In this document: positions 8,464 to 18,500 of the stretch, in pieces
How positions within the stretch are numbered: the first letter of the stretch is position 1
Layout: each line of letters opens with the position of its first letter
Assembly: GCA_965649055.1 (NCBI GenBank)
Contig: CBFGJG010000002.1
Coordinates: 1 to 51,909, forward strand
DNA from: a candidate division WOR-3 bacterium
GTDB lineage: Bacteria; Hydrothermota; UBA3072; B12-G15
DNA length: 51,909 bases
Direction: 5' to 3'
Notes under the pieces: model-generated
The model's database searches: none
The model's input: the letters and a program-made list of their open reading frames with translations, nothing else
Told to the model about the DNA's origin: nothing
Program-made: the position numbers and the translations under genes

Positions 8464-9813
8464 TTATATCTTTTTTATCCTTGTTCCTTCTTTTGTATCT
8501 TCAATAATGTAACCTGCTTTTTTAAGTTCTTCCCTTATAAGGTCTGCTATCTCAAAATTCTTTTTTTCTCTTAAAATCTTCCTTATATTAAGAATAACAT
8601 CTATAAATACTTCGTAATTTTCTTCTTCTTTCTCAATCTTAAACCCAAGATTCTCAAGGAGAAATAAAACATCTTTCTTTATCCTTCCCCTTTCCATTCT
8701 GTCATCGGTCTTATTGGCATTCTTTACAAGTTCAAAAATATATCCGATAACCATAGGGGTATTGAAATCATCATTCATTGAACTTATAAATCTTTCCTTT
8801 GTTATATCAGAAACTTCACCCGATTCTTCATTTGTATCAAGAAAGTTCTTTATCCTTTCAAAACCCTTTTTTGCACTATCAAGCAATTCCTCAGAATAAT
8901 CAAGCTGTGTCCTGTAATGGCTTGAAAGTATGAATAATCTGATATCATTCGGACCGAATCTGTCTTTCATTTCAAGGATTGGGACAAAATTCTTTAAAGA
9001 TTTTGACATCTTTTCACCCTTTATAGTCAGCATTGCATTGTGGATCCAGTATTTTGCAAAAACCTTTCCTGTTGCTGCTTCGGATTGTGCTATCTCATTC
9101 TCATGATGTGGGAAGATTAAATCATCACCACCACCATGTATATCAAATGTCTCTCCAAGATAATGCATAGACATACTTGAACATTCAATATGCCATCCTG
9201 GTCTTCCCTTTCCCCATGGCGAAATCCAGAAAGGTTCTCCTTCCTTTGATGATTTCCACAACGCAAAATCAAGTGGGTCTTCTTTTTTTTCATCCACCTT
9301 GACCCTTGCACCTGAAACAAGGTCATCTATCACCTTTTTAGAGAGTTTCCCGTAATCCTTGAATTTTCTAACCCTGAAATAAACATCACCATCAATAGAA
9401 TAAGCAAAACCCTTTTCTATCAGTTTCTCAATAAGTTTTATTATCTCTTCTATATGCTGTGTTGCCCTTGGATATAAGGAAGGTGGAAGTATATTCAACC
9501 ATTCACATGCTTTCTTAAATTCACTTTCATACCTTGAGGTGATAAATCTGTAATCAACGTTCTCTTCATTTGCTTTTTCTATAACCTTATCGTCTATATC
9601 TGTAAAATTCGTAATAAAGTAAACATCGTAACCTAAAAATTTAAAATATCTGTGTATAATATCAGCTGTTAAAAAAGCCCTCATATGTCCTATATGTGGT
9701 GATTCCTGCAATGTCATTCCGCAGAAATACATTTTAACCTTGCCATTTTCAACAGGTTCAAAAACTTCTTTTCTACCTGAAAGTGTATTGAATATCATTA
9801 ATCTATTTTCCAT
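8464..9813 (-). CDS. cysS: Cysteine--tRNA ligase
   Basis: HIGH, NFTDIDDK, GRPGWHIECS, HHENE, KMSKS. Confidence 0.98.
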   Translation of the reverse strand: MENRLMIFNTLSGRKEVFEPVENGKVKMYFCGMTLQESPHIGHMRAFLTADIIHRYFKFLGYDVYFITNFTDIDDKVIEKANEENVDYRFITSRYESEFKKACEWLNILPPSLYPRATQHIEEIIKLIEKLIEKGFAYSIDGDVYFRVRKFKDYGKLSKKVIDDLVSGARVKVDEKKEDPLDFALWKSSKEGEPFWISPWGKGRPGWHIECSSMSMHYLGETFDIHGGGDDLIFPHHENEIAQSEAATGKVFAKYWIHNAMLTIKGEKMSKSLKNFVPILEMKDRFGPNDIRLFILSSHYRTQLDYSEELLDSAKKGFERIKNFLDTNEESGEVSDITKERFISSMNDDFNTPMVIGYIFELVKNANKTDDRMERGRIKKDVLFLLENLGFKIEKEEENYEVFIDVILNIRKILREKKNFEIADLIREELKKAGYIIEDTKEGTRIKKI

Positions 9814-10385
9814 ACTAACCTCACTCCGTTTTTTTCAATTATTAAAGATACATTATCAGAAAAATAACTTGTCATAACAAAACTCACAATTCTATTTATA
9901 ACTGCAAGTGATGCAATATTCCTTGCCGTGTTAAAATACCTTCTGCTTTTTTTTCTTAATTCAATGTATTTTGTAAAATCACCGTTCTCTTCCCAATTCC
10001 AGGAATCCTTATCATAAATCATATTCTGTTCAATAAATCTATTAATTTTATCAAGGGAATCTCCATAAAGATATCTTGCAAATTCTTGAATGTATTCATT
10101 GTATTCATCAGAAGACCTGAACCATTCAATTGCTTCAAGATAATCATCATCTCTTCTTTCAGGATTTGAAGATGCCCTAAGGTAAGCAAAATTTATATAA
10201 TCATTTTTCGTATCATTACCAAGAATGTTAAATACAATACAGTTTGTCCAAATTAATCCTTCTGCAACAAGAAAATTCTTTCCCCTTTCCTTATTCCCGA
10301 GCAATATATCCCCAAGACCCGGAACAAGTAATGAATAGAAACCTGCAAGATTTCTTGATATAGAAAATAGTAATAAGAACATCAA
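9798..10385 (-). CDS. Hypothetical membrane or exported protein
   Basis: SLLVPGLG motif, hydrophobic N-terminus, overlaps both neighbours. Confidence 0.65.
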   Translation of the reverse strand: MMFLLLFSISRNLAGFYSLLVPGLGDILLGNKERGKNFLVAEGLIWTNCIVFNILGNDTKNDYINFAYLRASSNPERRDDDYLEAIEWFRSSDEYNEYIQEFARYLYGDSLDKINRFIEQNMIYDKDSWNWEENGDFTKYIELRKKSRRYFNTARNIASLAVINRIVSFVMTSYFSDNVSLIIEKNGVRLVWKID

Positions 10386-13300
10386 TATCCTCCTTTTAAT
10401 ATTCCAAAACCTTTCCTGTATATTTTTTTCTCATTTCCCCTTTTTATGTTCATCTGCAGGAAATAAATACCGTTTGCGCAACTTGAAAAATCAACAGGTA
10501 TTTCATTTATAGTATTATAATCTTCTAATTTTTTATAGAATATTCTACTTCCTGATGTTGAAAGGATTAATATTTCAAAATCAAAATTATCTTCTTTTAG
10601 AACTTTAAATCTTACAGTCGCATTATTCCCTTTTACCGGACTTGGATATATGTAAAATTCCTTCTCAGGAATAATATCCTCTATTTCCGTAAGATTATAT
10701 TCTTTTGGTGCCCTGAATAGATTCACATCAATAAATGAATTGTTGTTGGAAGAATAGAATATTCTATTATAGGAAAAAACATTGTTTTTCTTAATACCGA
10801 GATAATATCCATAAAGAAATCCATCTTCTGAGAAGGTGAAGAGAAATATTGAATCATTCCTTATCTGAATTATTGGTGTGCTATAAACCTTAAATCCGGC
10901 AGAGAGCCTGAAAACTTCCTTACCAAGATTATTTATTCCAATTATTCCACCATCTGGTGAACCGAAAATAATCTCCTGTATACTATCACCATCTGTATCA
11001 AATGTTATAATCGATGATTGTATATCTTCATTTAATTTAAAAGTTTTAGGGAATCTATCAAATGGAACACCATCCTTTGTTAAAACATATATTATATTAC
11101 CACAGGCAAATACAATTTCAGGATAACCATCATTATCAAGGTCAGCTAAAGCAGGTGACGAATAGAACGCAGGTTTTGAAACTTTATAAGTCCATTTTAT
11201 AATACCATCTTCATTCACACAATAAATATTTTTATTCCCTGAAGAATAAATTATCTCCACCTTTCCATCCCTGTCAACATCAACTGCAATCGGTGATGTT
11301 ATTGTCAGATTGAGACTCTCATCTCCTTTCCTCCACATTACCTTACCTTCATTTGAAATCTTATAAATTGTTCCATCAAGTGTTATCGTGTATATAAATC
11401 CATTTACAAATATTGGCGTTCCCCAAATCCATTGTCCTAAATAAACAGAAATCAAGGTATCGTTCTTAAAATCATAAATATTCAAACAGGAATTGTCATT
11501 ACCAACAACAATCTCGGATGAACCATCGTTATTTATATCTACAACCAATGCAGACGAGACAAATCTTTTAAGTTTCAGATTTTTTAGCAAATTCCCATTC
11601 TTATCAATAATATAAAGATTTCCTTTAATATCACTTAAAATAATCTCTGATACACCATCACCATCCACATCACCTATTGCTGGTGTGGTATAAGATGAAT
11701 CTGACATGGTGAATAAGATAGAAACAGAACCTTCAAAATCTACTTTTCTTACAATTCCATCTACAGAACCAATAAGGATAAAAGAATCAGGAAAAACAGG
11801 TGAAATGACATCAGGTCTTGAAGATACTTTAACAGGAAAGTTTTTCAGGTTCTTTAAAAACTTCACTTTAAAACTCATTGTCTCACCTGAATTTGAAATA
11901 TCATAAATACTCAGATAATTTTTATTGCGGTAATTGTCATCTGTGTTAGGTTTTGAATAAGGTGTGAATGAATCAAGGAATGCATCATTTGCAAATACAT
12001 CATATTTTGTTCCAAAGAATATTGCATCAACATCCACAATCCTCAACTCATCAAATAATTTTTCGAAGTCTTGAATACCATCTGCCTCTTCCAGATCAAC
12101 ACCTTTTGGGAATCCACTATTCACTGCATTGTAATCTATGGAATCATTTATCTTCCTTTCATCTATATGCCATATTGCAAGACCACCTTTGTTTATTTCA
12201 GGTGGTAATGAAATATCATAATCATCAACACGGACAAGGACATTATTCTTCCATACCCTGAACCCATTTGAATCAATATCTGTTGAACAGGGTGAAACAT
12301 AATGAACTGTATCAGGGTTCATATACGCTAATCTGTTTTCTATTAAAAAATACTCATAATCATTTATTGGTATCTTATAAATTTTTGGTATTAAACTATC
12401 TTTACTTCCAGCCCAGGAAATATTCAAAGTTGTATCATTTTTTATAACATCAGGATTCTCCCATCCAAAATAAACCCTGTGCCAGGCATCGTGTCTTGGT
12501 GGAATAAGTCCAGCCTCATTCCAGTTTCCTGTTCCCATCAAAGCCCATCCACCCATACCCATTGAATTTCCACCGGTATCATAAAGGTCAATCGCACCTA
12601 TTGCGTGTGAAAACTCGTGAACAAGTCCACCTTGAAGGAATGAATAATACCCATCCTGATTCCCTGTTTCACAATAAATAACACCACCGGTAAATTCTTT
12701 ACCATCTGCAATAATTGGTGAACCAAAAAGATAATCAGCACCATCTACGAAAACAGCAGGTAAATCGTATGGTGAATCATAATTCACATCTGTTTGATAC
12801 ATAGAACCTGCATGGAAGATTATTATCTTGTCAAATTCTGAAAAATCAACATAAGGGTCTGCAACCTCTATTCCATCCCTTAGCAGTGTAAAAAGTCCGA
12901 GGACATAATTTTCAGGGTCTCCATAATACAACATAGTATGTGGTAATTGAAAAGATGAATCGAGTTTTTCTGGTAGAATCTTCCATTGGACAAAAAGTTT
13001 ACCACCTGAAACAGACCAGAAATAATTATGAAGGAATTCCATCAATCTTGAAAAATAGATTGAATCATGTGGTGGGTCATAGAATATATTCCTTTGAATA
13101 ATTGTATCATTACCATTCAAAATTGTATCACACAAATTTCCCTGCGGGATTAGAACCATCTTACCATTACCTGTAGTCAAATCACTTGAATCTTCAAGGA
13201 ATTCAAGCCTTAAGACAGCAACCCGAACCGTATCAACACCGGATTTCCTTGATTTTAATCTTTTATAGAATTTACTATCCGGTTTAAATAAAAAACGCTT

Positions 13301-13405
13301 ATAGAACGGATTTTCGTATAACTTTTTCTGTTTATCATAAACTTTTTTATAAAATTCAGCATAATTTTTATCATTTATAAAAATACTCAAAATAAAAACA
13401 AGCAT
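10382..13405 (-). CDS. M6-family (InhA-like) metalloprotease with FG-GAP/beta-propeller repeats and T9SS-like CTD
   Basis: IIFHAG, HEFSHAIGAIDLYD, WALMGTG, EYFLIENR, GLAIWHIDE; repeated PAIGDVDGDG-type motifs; YIYPSP...NGIYFL. Start moved to ATG 13405 after AAGGAG. Confidence 0.88.
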   Translation of the reverse strand: MLVFILSIFINDKNYAEFYKKVYDKQKKLYENPFYKRFLFKPDSKFYKRLKSRKSGVDTVRVAVLRLEFLEDSSDLTTGNGKMVLIPQGNLCDTILNGNDTIIQRNIFYDPPHDSIYFSRLMEFLHNYFWSVSGGKLFVQWKILPEKLDSSFQLPHTMLYYGDPENYVLGLFTLLRDGIEVADPYVDFSEFDKIIIFHAGSMYQTDVNYDSPYDLPAVFVDGADYLFGSPIIADGKEFTGGVIYCETGNQDGYYSFLQGGLVHEFSHAIGAIDLYDTGGNSMGMGGWALMGTGNWNEAGLIPPRHDAWHRVYFGWENPDVIKNDTTLNISWAGSKDSLIPKIYKIPINDYEYFLIENRLAYMNPDTVHYVSPCSTDIDSNGFRVWKNNVLVRVDDYDISLPPEINKGGLAIWHIDERKINDSIDYNAVNSGFPKGVDLEEADGIQDFEKLFDELRIVDVDAIFFGTKYDVFANDAFLDSFTPYSKPNTDDNYRNKNYLSIYDISNSGETMSFKVKFLKNLKNFPVKVSSRPDVISPVFPDSFILIGSVDGIVRKVDFEGSVSILFTMSDSSYTTPAIGDVDGDGVSEIILSDIKGNLYIIDKNGNLLKNLKLKRFVSSALVVDINNDGSSEIVVGNDNSCLNIYDFKNDTLISVYLGQWIWGTPIFVNGFIYTITLDGTIYKISNEGKVMWRKGDESLNLTITSPIAVDVDRDGKVEIIYSSGNKNIYCVNEDGIIKWTYKVSKPAFYSSPALADLDNDGYPEIVFACGNIIYVLTKDGVPFDRFPKTFKLNEDIQSSIITFDTDGDSIQEIIFGSPDGGIIGINNLGKEVFRLSAGFKVYSTPIIQIRNDSIFLFTFSEDGFLYGYYLGIKKNNVFSYNRIFYSSNNNSFIDVNLFRAPKEYNLTEIEDIIPEKEFYIYPSPVKGNNATVRFKVLKEDNFDFEILILSTSGSRIFYKKLEDYNTINEIPVDFSSCANGIYFLQMNIKRGNEKKIYRKGFGILKGGY

Positions 13406-13415
13406 CTTTCTCCTT

Positions 13416-13955
13416 TCATATCCCGGAGGGAGAGGGATTCGAACCCCCGGACCCTTTTGGGTCACACGATTTCGAGTCGTGCACCTTAGACCACTCGGTC
13501 ATCCCTCCATCTTTTCTTAAAGACTTAAAAAATACCTGTAAAAGTTCCGAACATTCTTTCTCAAGTATTCCTGAATTAACAATTATCCTGTGATTAAATT
13601 CCCAACCCATTATATTAAAAACAGAGCCAAAAGCCCCAAATTTTTTATCTTTAGCGCCAAAAACAACCCTTTCAATCCTTGAAAGAATGATAGCACCCGC
13701 ACACATAAGACAGGGTTCTATTGTTACATATATTGTAGAATTGGGAATCCTCCAATTATCCAATCTCTGTGATGCAGCGGTTATTGCTATAATCTCTGCG
13801 TGTGCAGTTGGGTCTCTCAATGTCTCAACAAGGTTATGCCCTTTCCCTATAACCTCATTCTCTTTGACTATAACAGCACCAACAGGAACTTCTCCTTTTG
13901 AGATTGCTCTTTTAGCTTCATCTATTGCTATTCTCATATAGAATTCATCATTCAT
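13416..13955 (-). CDS. tadA: tRNA adenosine(34) deaminase; last 30 codons run through the tRNA-Ser gene
   Basis: GEVPVGAV, DPTAHAEI, TIEPCLMCAGA. Confidence 0.93.
   Translation of the reverse strand: MNDEFYMRIAIDEAKRAISKGEVPVGAVIVKENEVIGKGHNLVETLRDPTAHAEIIAITAASQRLDNWRIPNSTIYVTIEPCLMCAGAIILSRIERVVFGAKDKKFGAFGSVFNIMGWEFNHRIIVNSGILEKECSELLQVFFKSLRKDGGMTEWSKVHDSKSCDPKGSGGSNPSPSGI
13424..13508 (-). tRNA. tRNA-Ser (CGA)
   Basis: GGAGGGA acceptor stem, CT-CGA-AA loop, long variable arm, GTTCGAATC; CCA not encoded. Confidence 0.96.
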
Positions 13956-13961
13956 AGATGT

Positions 13962-14026
13962 AAGATATTCAAATTTGAAATTTTTTCAAGTGAAATTATT
14001 GACAATTCTTACTTTTAATTTAATTT
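13962..14026. promoter_or_regulatory. Back-to-back divergent promoters for tadA and ogg, both probably leaderless
   Basis: (-) TTGAAA-N16-TATCTT-N6-ATG; (+) TTGACA-N16-TAATTT-N7-ATG. Confidence 0.6.
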
Positions 14027-14033
14027 AGAAAAT

Positions 14034-14666
14034 ATGAATTATAATGAAGAATATATTGAAGAGATTAAAAAAATATACTTATCAATAAAAAATATAATTA
14101 AAGAAAGGATAAACGAATTTAAAAATAATAACGATGATGCAAAAAAGCTTGAGCTTTTATTCTGTATACTAACACCACAATCCAAGGCTAAGATATGCTG
14201 GGAATCAGTATGTAAGATCTCAAAATGCAACATTTTTAATTTAAAAAAAGAAGAAATAAAAGAATGCCTTAATGGTGTTCGATTCCCCAATAATAAAACA
14301 AATTACATTATTGAGGCAATAAACTTCCTAAAGATGAATCCGGGATTTATAAAAAATTTGGAAAAAATGGATGAAAAAGAAAGAAGGAATTATATTGTTA
14401 AAAATTTTAAAGGAATCGGATTTAAAGAGGCAAGCCACTTCTTAAGGAATATCGGCCTTGGCAAAAATCTTGCAATCCTTGATAGACATATTCTTAAAAA
14501 TCTTTTAAGGCTTAATGTTATAAATGAAATACCAAAAACAATTACAGGGAAAAAGTATCTTGAGATAGAAGAAAAAATGATTGAATTTTCAAAATATTCC
14601 AATATACCCATGGAAGAACTTGACCTTCTCCTATGGTTTAAAGAAACCGGAGAGGTATTTAAATAA
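14034..14666 (+). CDS. ogg: 8-oxoguanine N-glycosylase/DNA lyase (Thermotoga/archaeal-type)
   Basis: ELLFCILTPQS, GVRFPNNK, KGIGFKEASHFLRNIG, AILDRHIL, LDLLLW. Confidence 0.93.
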   Translation: MNYNEEYIEEIKKIYLSIKNIIKERINEFKNNNDDAKKLELLFCILTPQSKAKICWESVCKISKCNIFNLKKEEIKECLNGVRFPNNKTNYIIEAINFLKMNPGFIKNLEKMDEKERRNYIVKNFKGIGFKEASHFLRNIGLGKNLAILDRHILKNLLRLNVINEIPKTITGKKYLEIEEKMIEFSKYSNIPMEELDLLLWFKETGEVFK

Positions 14667-14692
14667 ATTAAAATATTTTTTAAATAAAATAC

Positions 14693-14720
14693 TTGACAAA
14701 TTTAAAAATTTTGTTAATTT
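14693..14720 (+). promoter_or_regulatory. Promoter of the oxidative-stress operon, probably leaderless
   Basis: TTGACA-N16-TAATTT (TGn extended)-N6-ATG. Confidence 0.6.
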
Positions 14721-14726
14721 GTAAAT

Positions 14727-15134
14727 ATGGATATTATAAAAATCTTAAGAGACAAAAAAATAAAGCCTTCGGCTCAGAGAATTGCGATAATTGAATTTAT
14801 CATAAATTCAAAAAGGCATCCAACAATTGAAGAGATTTTTGAAAATGTTTCAAAACAGCTTAAAGCTCTATCTTTAACAACCGTTTATTCCACTCTTTCT
14901 TTACTTGAGGAAAAAGGAGTTGTAAAATGTTTATTTGACGGAAAAGAGAGAAGATACGATATAGTTACACCATATCATTTTCACTTTATCTGTGAAAAAT
15001 GCGGTAATATTTTCGATGTTTACGATTATAAGATGCCAGACATAAAAGAGATTGAAGGAAATCTTGTAAAAGATATGGAGATTATATTTAAAGGTATATG
15101 TTATAAATGCAGGAAAGGAAGCAAAAATGGATAA
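14727..15134 (+). CDS. Fur/PerR family transcriptional regulator
   Basis: HPTIEEI, LTTVYSTL, HFHFICEKCG, CYKC; heads an oxidative-stress operon. Confidence 0.92.
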   Translation: MDIIKILRDKKIKPSAQRIAIIEFIINSKRHPTIEEIFENVSKQLKALSLTTVYSTLSLLEEKGVVKCLFDGKERRYDIVTPYHFHFICEKCGNIFDVYDYKMPDIKEIEGNLVKDMEIIFKGICYKCRKGSKNG

Positions 15135-15636
15135 TAAAATTCTCCATAAAATATCTTATGGAATGTTTGTGGTAACTTCAAAACTTGATGATAAGATAAA
15201 CGGACAGATTGCAAATACCTGTTTTCAGGTTTCATCTGAACCGCCTTTGATTGCAATTGCTTTAAATAAAAACAATCTTACACATAAACTTGTAGATGAA
15301 AGCAATATCTTTGCAGTTTCAATATTATCGGAAGAGGCAACATTTAAGTTTATTGGTGTTTTTGGTTTCAGAACAGGAAAAGATTTTAACAAATTCGAGG
15401 GTATTAATTATAAGATTGGTAAAACCGGTGCACCAATAGTTCTTGATTATGCACTTGGATATATTGAAGCAAAGGTTGTGAAAAAACTTGATGTTGGAAC
15501 TCATACTATCTTTGTTGGTGAAGTCATAGAAGGTGAGATTTTAAACGATAAGAAACCTATGACTTATGATTATTACCATAATGTTGTTAAAGGTAAATCA
15601 CCTAAGACAGCACCAACATTCATAAAAGAAAATTAA
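15127..15636 (+). CDS. Flavin reductase-like protein (N-domain of high-molecular-weight rubredoxin)
   Basis: ISYGMFVV, NGQIANT, GTHTIFVGEV, MTYDYYH...KGKSPKTAPT. Confidence 0.88.
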   Translation: MDNKILHKISYGMFVVTSKLDDKINGQIANTCFQVSSEPPLIAIALNKNNLTHKLVDESNIFAVSILSEEATFKFIGVFGFRTGKDFNKFEGINYKIGKTGAPIVLDYALGYIEAKVVKKLDVGTHTIFVGEVIEGEILNDKKPMTYDYYHNVVKGKSPKTAPTFIKEN

Positions 15637-15655
15637 CAAATAAAAAGGAGGAGAG

Positions 15656-15820
15656 ATGCATAAATTTAAATGTAGAATTTGTGGTTATATATATGACCCG
15701 GCAGCAGGTGACCCTGGTGGTAATGTAATGCCCGGAACGCCGTTTGAAAGGATTCCAGAAGACTGGGTATGTCCTGTTTGTGGCGCAAGCAAGGAAGAGT
15801 TTGAGGAGATATATGATTAA
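15656..15820 (+). CDS. Rubredoxin (54 aa, not in ORF track)
   Basis: [15 protein letters not shown]...[32 protein letters not shown]. Confidence 0.96.
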   Translation: MHKFKCRICGYIYDPAAGDPGGNVMPGTPFERIPEDWVCPVCGASKEEFEEIYD

Positions 15821-16991
15821 AGAGATAATGAACGATATTTTTTCGGTAGGTTCAAACCATAGGGAAAGAAAGGTCTTTGACGAACTTATACCTTTACCTG
15901 ATGGAACAACATACAATTCTTATTTGGTAAAAGGTAAAAAGTATAATGTCTTAATAGATGCTGTTGACCCTGTGAAATCAGATGAGCTTATCTCTAATCT
16001 TGAAAAAATAAATATACCTGTTCATTATGTTATCTCACATCATGCAGAGCAGGACCATTCAGGAGCAATCCCAGATGTTTTAAAATTTTTCCCCGAAGCT
16101 AAGGTTATTACAAATGATAAATGTAAATCTTTCCTTATGGATTTACTTTTCATACCTGATGAAAGGTTTTATGTTGTTAAAGATAAGGAAAAATTTGACA
16201 TTGGTGATAGAACACTTGAATTTATTTTTACACCATGGGTTCACTGGCCTGAAACGATGGTAACATACCTATACGAAGAAAAGATTCTTTTCAGTTGTGA
16301 TTTTTTTGGTTCTCATTACGGGACCGACGATATTACAATTGATATTAAAGAAGGTATATTTGAACCTGCGAAGAGATACTATGCTGAGATTATGATGCCG
16401 TTCAGAAATGTTATAAAGAATAACATTGCGAAGCTGAAAGAATACGATATAAAAACTATATGTCCAAGCCATGGACCTATTCATAAGAATCCAAAATTGA
16501 TTATGGATGCATATGAAGACTGGATTTCAGATAATGTAAAAAATAAGGTTATCATTCCCTATGTTTCGATGCATGGAAGTGTTAAAAATATGGTTGATTA
16601 TCTTTCAAAAAAGATTGACGAGAAGGGAATACCTGTAAAAAAGATAAACCTTGGAGATGGTGACATTGGAGAACTTGCTATTGAAATAGTTGATGCTGCA
16701 ACAATAATTCTTGGTGCACCCACTATGCTTGTTAACATTCATCCAGTCGGTGCATTTGCGTTATATCTTTTAAATGCACTTAAGCCAAAAACAAGGTTCC
16801 TTGGCTTTGTTAGTTCGTATGGGTGGGGTGGTAAAGCTGTTGATTTTGTAAAATCACAGATAACAAATCTTAAGGCTGAAATAATTGAACCAGTGTTAAT
16901 AAAAGGAAATTTGAAAGAAGAAGATAAAAAATTTTTGGATGAACTTGCTTTAAATGTATATAATAAACATAAAGAAATAAATATTTTATAA
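15813..16991 (+). CDS. fprA: Flavodiiron protein (A-type flavoprotein)
   Basis: [30 protein letters not shown], flavodoxin domain. Start moved to ATG 15813. Confidence 0.95.
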   Translation: MIKEIMNDIFSVGSNHRERKVFDELIPLPDGTTYNSYLVKGKKYNVLIDAVDPVKSDELISNLEKINIPVHYVISHHAEQDHSGAIPDVLKFFPEAKVITNDKCKSFLMDLLFIPDERFYVVKDKEKFDIGDRTLEFIFTPWVHWPETMVTYLYEEKILFSCDFFGSHYGTDDITIDIKEGIFEPAKRYYAEIMMPFRNVIKNNIAKLKEYDIKTICPSHGPIHKNPKLIMDAYEDWISDNVKNKVIIPYVSMHGSVKNMVDYLSKKIDEKGIPVKKINLGDGDIGELAIEIVDAATIILGAPTMLVNIHPVGAFALYLLNALKPKTRFLGFVSSYGWGGKAVDFVKSQITNLKAEIIEPVLIKGNLKEEDKKFLDELALNVYNKHKEINIL

Positions 16992-17003
16992 AAAGGAGGT
17001 TAT

Positions 17004-17381
17004 ATGAAAGACTTAATCCAGACAGGTGATTGGAAAGGGGAAAAACATGTCCCCTATATTGAACTTTTAAACGAATTTAAAAAGGGTGAAGTTTTAAATG
17101 TCAGAGTAGGAATTGGTAAAGAAATACCGCATCCAAACACAACAGAGCATCATATAAGCTGGATTGAGGTTTATTTCCATCCAGAAAATGAAAAATTTCC
17201 ATATCTATTATCAAGGGTGGAATTTGGAACACATGGTGAATCAACACAGGGACCAAACACAAGCACTATCTATTCAGAACCATGGATTAATATATCTTTT
17301 AAGACAGATAAGAAAGGAACTATATACGCATTATCTTACTGTAACATACATGGCCTATGGAGTAACAAATTAGAGATTTAA
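17004..17381 (+). CDS. Class II superoxide reductase (neelaredoxin)
   Basis: EKHVP, HPNTTEHHI, YCNIHGLW. Confidence 0.95.
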   Translation: MKDLIQTGDWKGEKHVPYIELLNEFKKGEVLNVRVGIGKEIPHPNTTEHHISWIEVYFHPENEKFPYLLSRVEFGTHGESTQGPNTSTIYSEPWINISFKTDKKGTIYALSYCNIHGLWSNKLEI

Positions 17382-17890
17382 TGGAGGTGTTTTTGGAGAT
17401 TTCTAAATTTACAATGGAAGAATTGATTCTTTCAGCCTTAAAGAGTGAGATAGACAGCAAAGACATTTATGAGAAACTATCTTTAAAGGTCAAGAATTTT
17501 ATGCTTAAAGATAAATTAAGATTTCTTGCACAGGAGGAAGAGAAACACAGATTATTCTTCTTGGAACTTTATAGAAGAACATTCAAAGATAAGGAGATAA
17601 AAATTCCGGATAAGACACCTGTTCCTTTACCTGAAATTAAGATAGACAATGAAAATATAAGATTGAGTGATATTCTTTCGCAAGCTATGAAAGCAGAAAA
17701 GGAAGCGAAAGAGTTCTATGAAGAACTTGCAAAACTTTATTACGATAGGGATAAAAATCTTTACAAGTCTATAAAATACATTGCAATGATGGAGGATGTC
17801 CATTATTCAATCCTTGATGCAGAAAAAAGTTTTGTAGAGGGTTTTGAAGATGTAGACATTGAATGGCCTATGATACACATTGGCCCATAA
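17381..17890 (+). CDS. Rubrerythrin-like ferritin-family di-iron protein (start may be TTG 17393)
   Basis: E...Y...EEEKH and AEKEAKEFY...EDVH motifs. Confidence 0.85.
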   Translation: MEVFLEISKFTMEELILSALKSEIDSKDIYEKLSLKVKNFMLKDKLRFLAQEEEKHRLFFLELYRRTFKDKEIKIPDKTPVPLPEIKIDNENIRLSDILSQAMKAEKEAKEFYEELAKLYYDRDKNLYKSIKYIAMMEDVHYSILDAEKSFVEGFEDVDIEWPMIHIGP

Positions 17891-17903
17891 AAAAGGAGGT
17901 AAA

Positions 17904-18320
17904 ATGAGTAAAAAATTAAATGAAATGCTAAACAAGGCAATTGCAAGGGAATTACAGGTATCAATCCAATATATGTGGCAGCATGTCCAATGGAAGGGAA
18001 CAAAAGGCTATCTTTCAAGGGATGTATTAAAAAAGATTTCAATTGAAGAGATGAAGCATGCAGAAGCAATAGCAGAAAGATTGTTCTATCTTGGTGATAC
18101 ACCAACAACAAAACCAGACCCGATTTATGTCGGGAAGGATTTCAAAGAGATGATGGAACAGGATAAGAAGGATGAAGAAAACGCAATAAAGATGTATAAA
18201 GAGATAATAAAATTAGCACAGGAAGAAGAAGACTGGACAACAGAAACATTATTCAAGAAGATACTTGCTGAAGAAGAAGAACACCTTGATACATTCCAGG
18301 GTCTTCTGGAAGAAAAGTAA
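17904..18320 (+). CDS. Bacterioferritin/ferritin-like protein
   Basis: ARELQVSIQYMWQH, EEMKHAE, EEEHLD; SD AGGAGG before ATG 17904. Confidence 0.88.
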   Translation: MSKKLNEMLNKAIARELQVSIQYMWQHVQWKGTKGYLSRDVLKKISIEEMKHAEAIAERLFYLGDTPTTKPDPIYVGKDFKEMMEQDKKDEENAIKMYKEIIKLAQEEEDWTTETLFKKILAEEEEHLDTFQGLLEEK

Positions 18321-18329
18321 GGAGTTCCT

Positions 18330-18461
18330 ATGCCAAATGTAAAAAAAGTAGGTGAAGTTTTTAAATGTGAAGTTTGTGGAAATGTAGTCGAGGTAAAGGT
18401 TGTAGGCGGTGGACAGCTTGTCTGCTGCGGAAAACCGATGAAATTAATAGAAAGTAAGTAG
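18330..18461 (+). CDS. Desulforedoxin (43 aa, not in ORF track)
   Basis: [15 protein letters not shown]...[12 protein letters not shown]. Confidence 0.93.
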   Translation: MPNVKKVGEVFKCEVCGNVVEVKVVGGGQLVCCGKPMKLIESK

Positions 18462-18500
18462 TTTCTGTTATTAATTAAGATTTTGACATAATTTTCTTTT

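Noticed and set aside
13406..13465. N-terminal extension of the M6 protease ORF (also archease 23533-23619 and ORF 50359-50580)
   Set aside because: These read through tRNA genes; better starts lie downstream, or the ORF is spurious.
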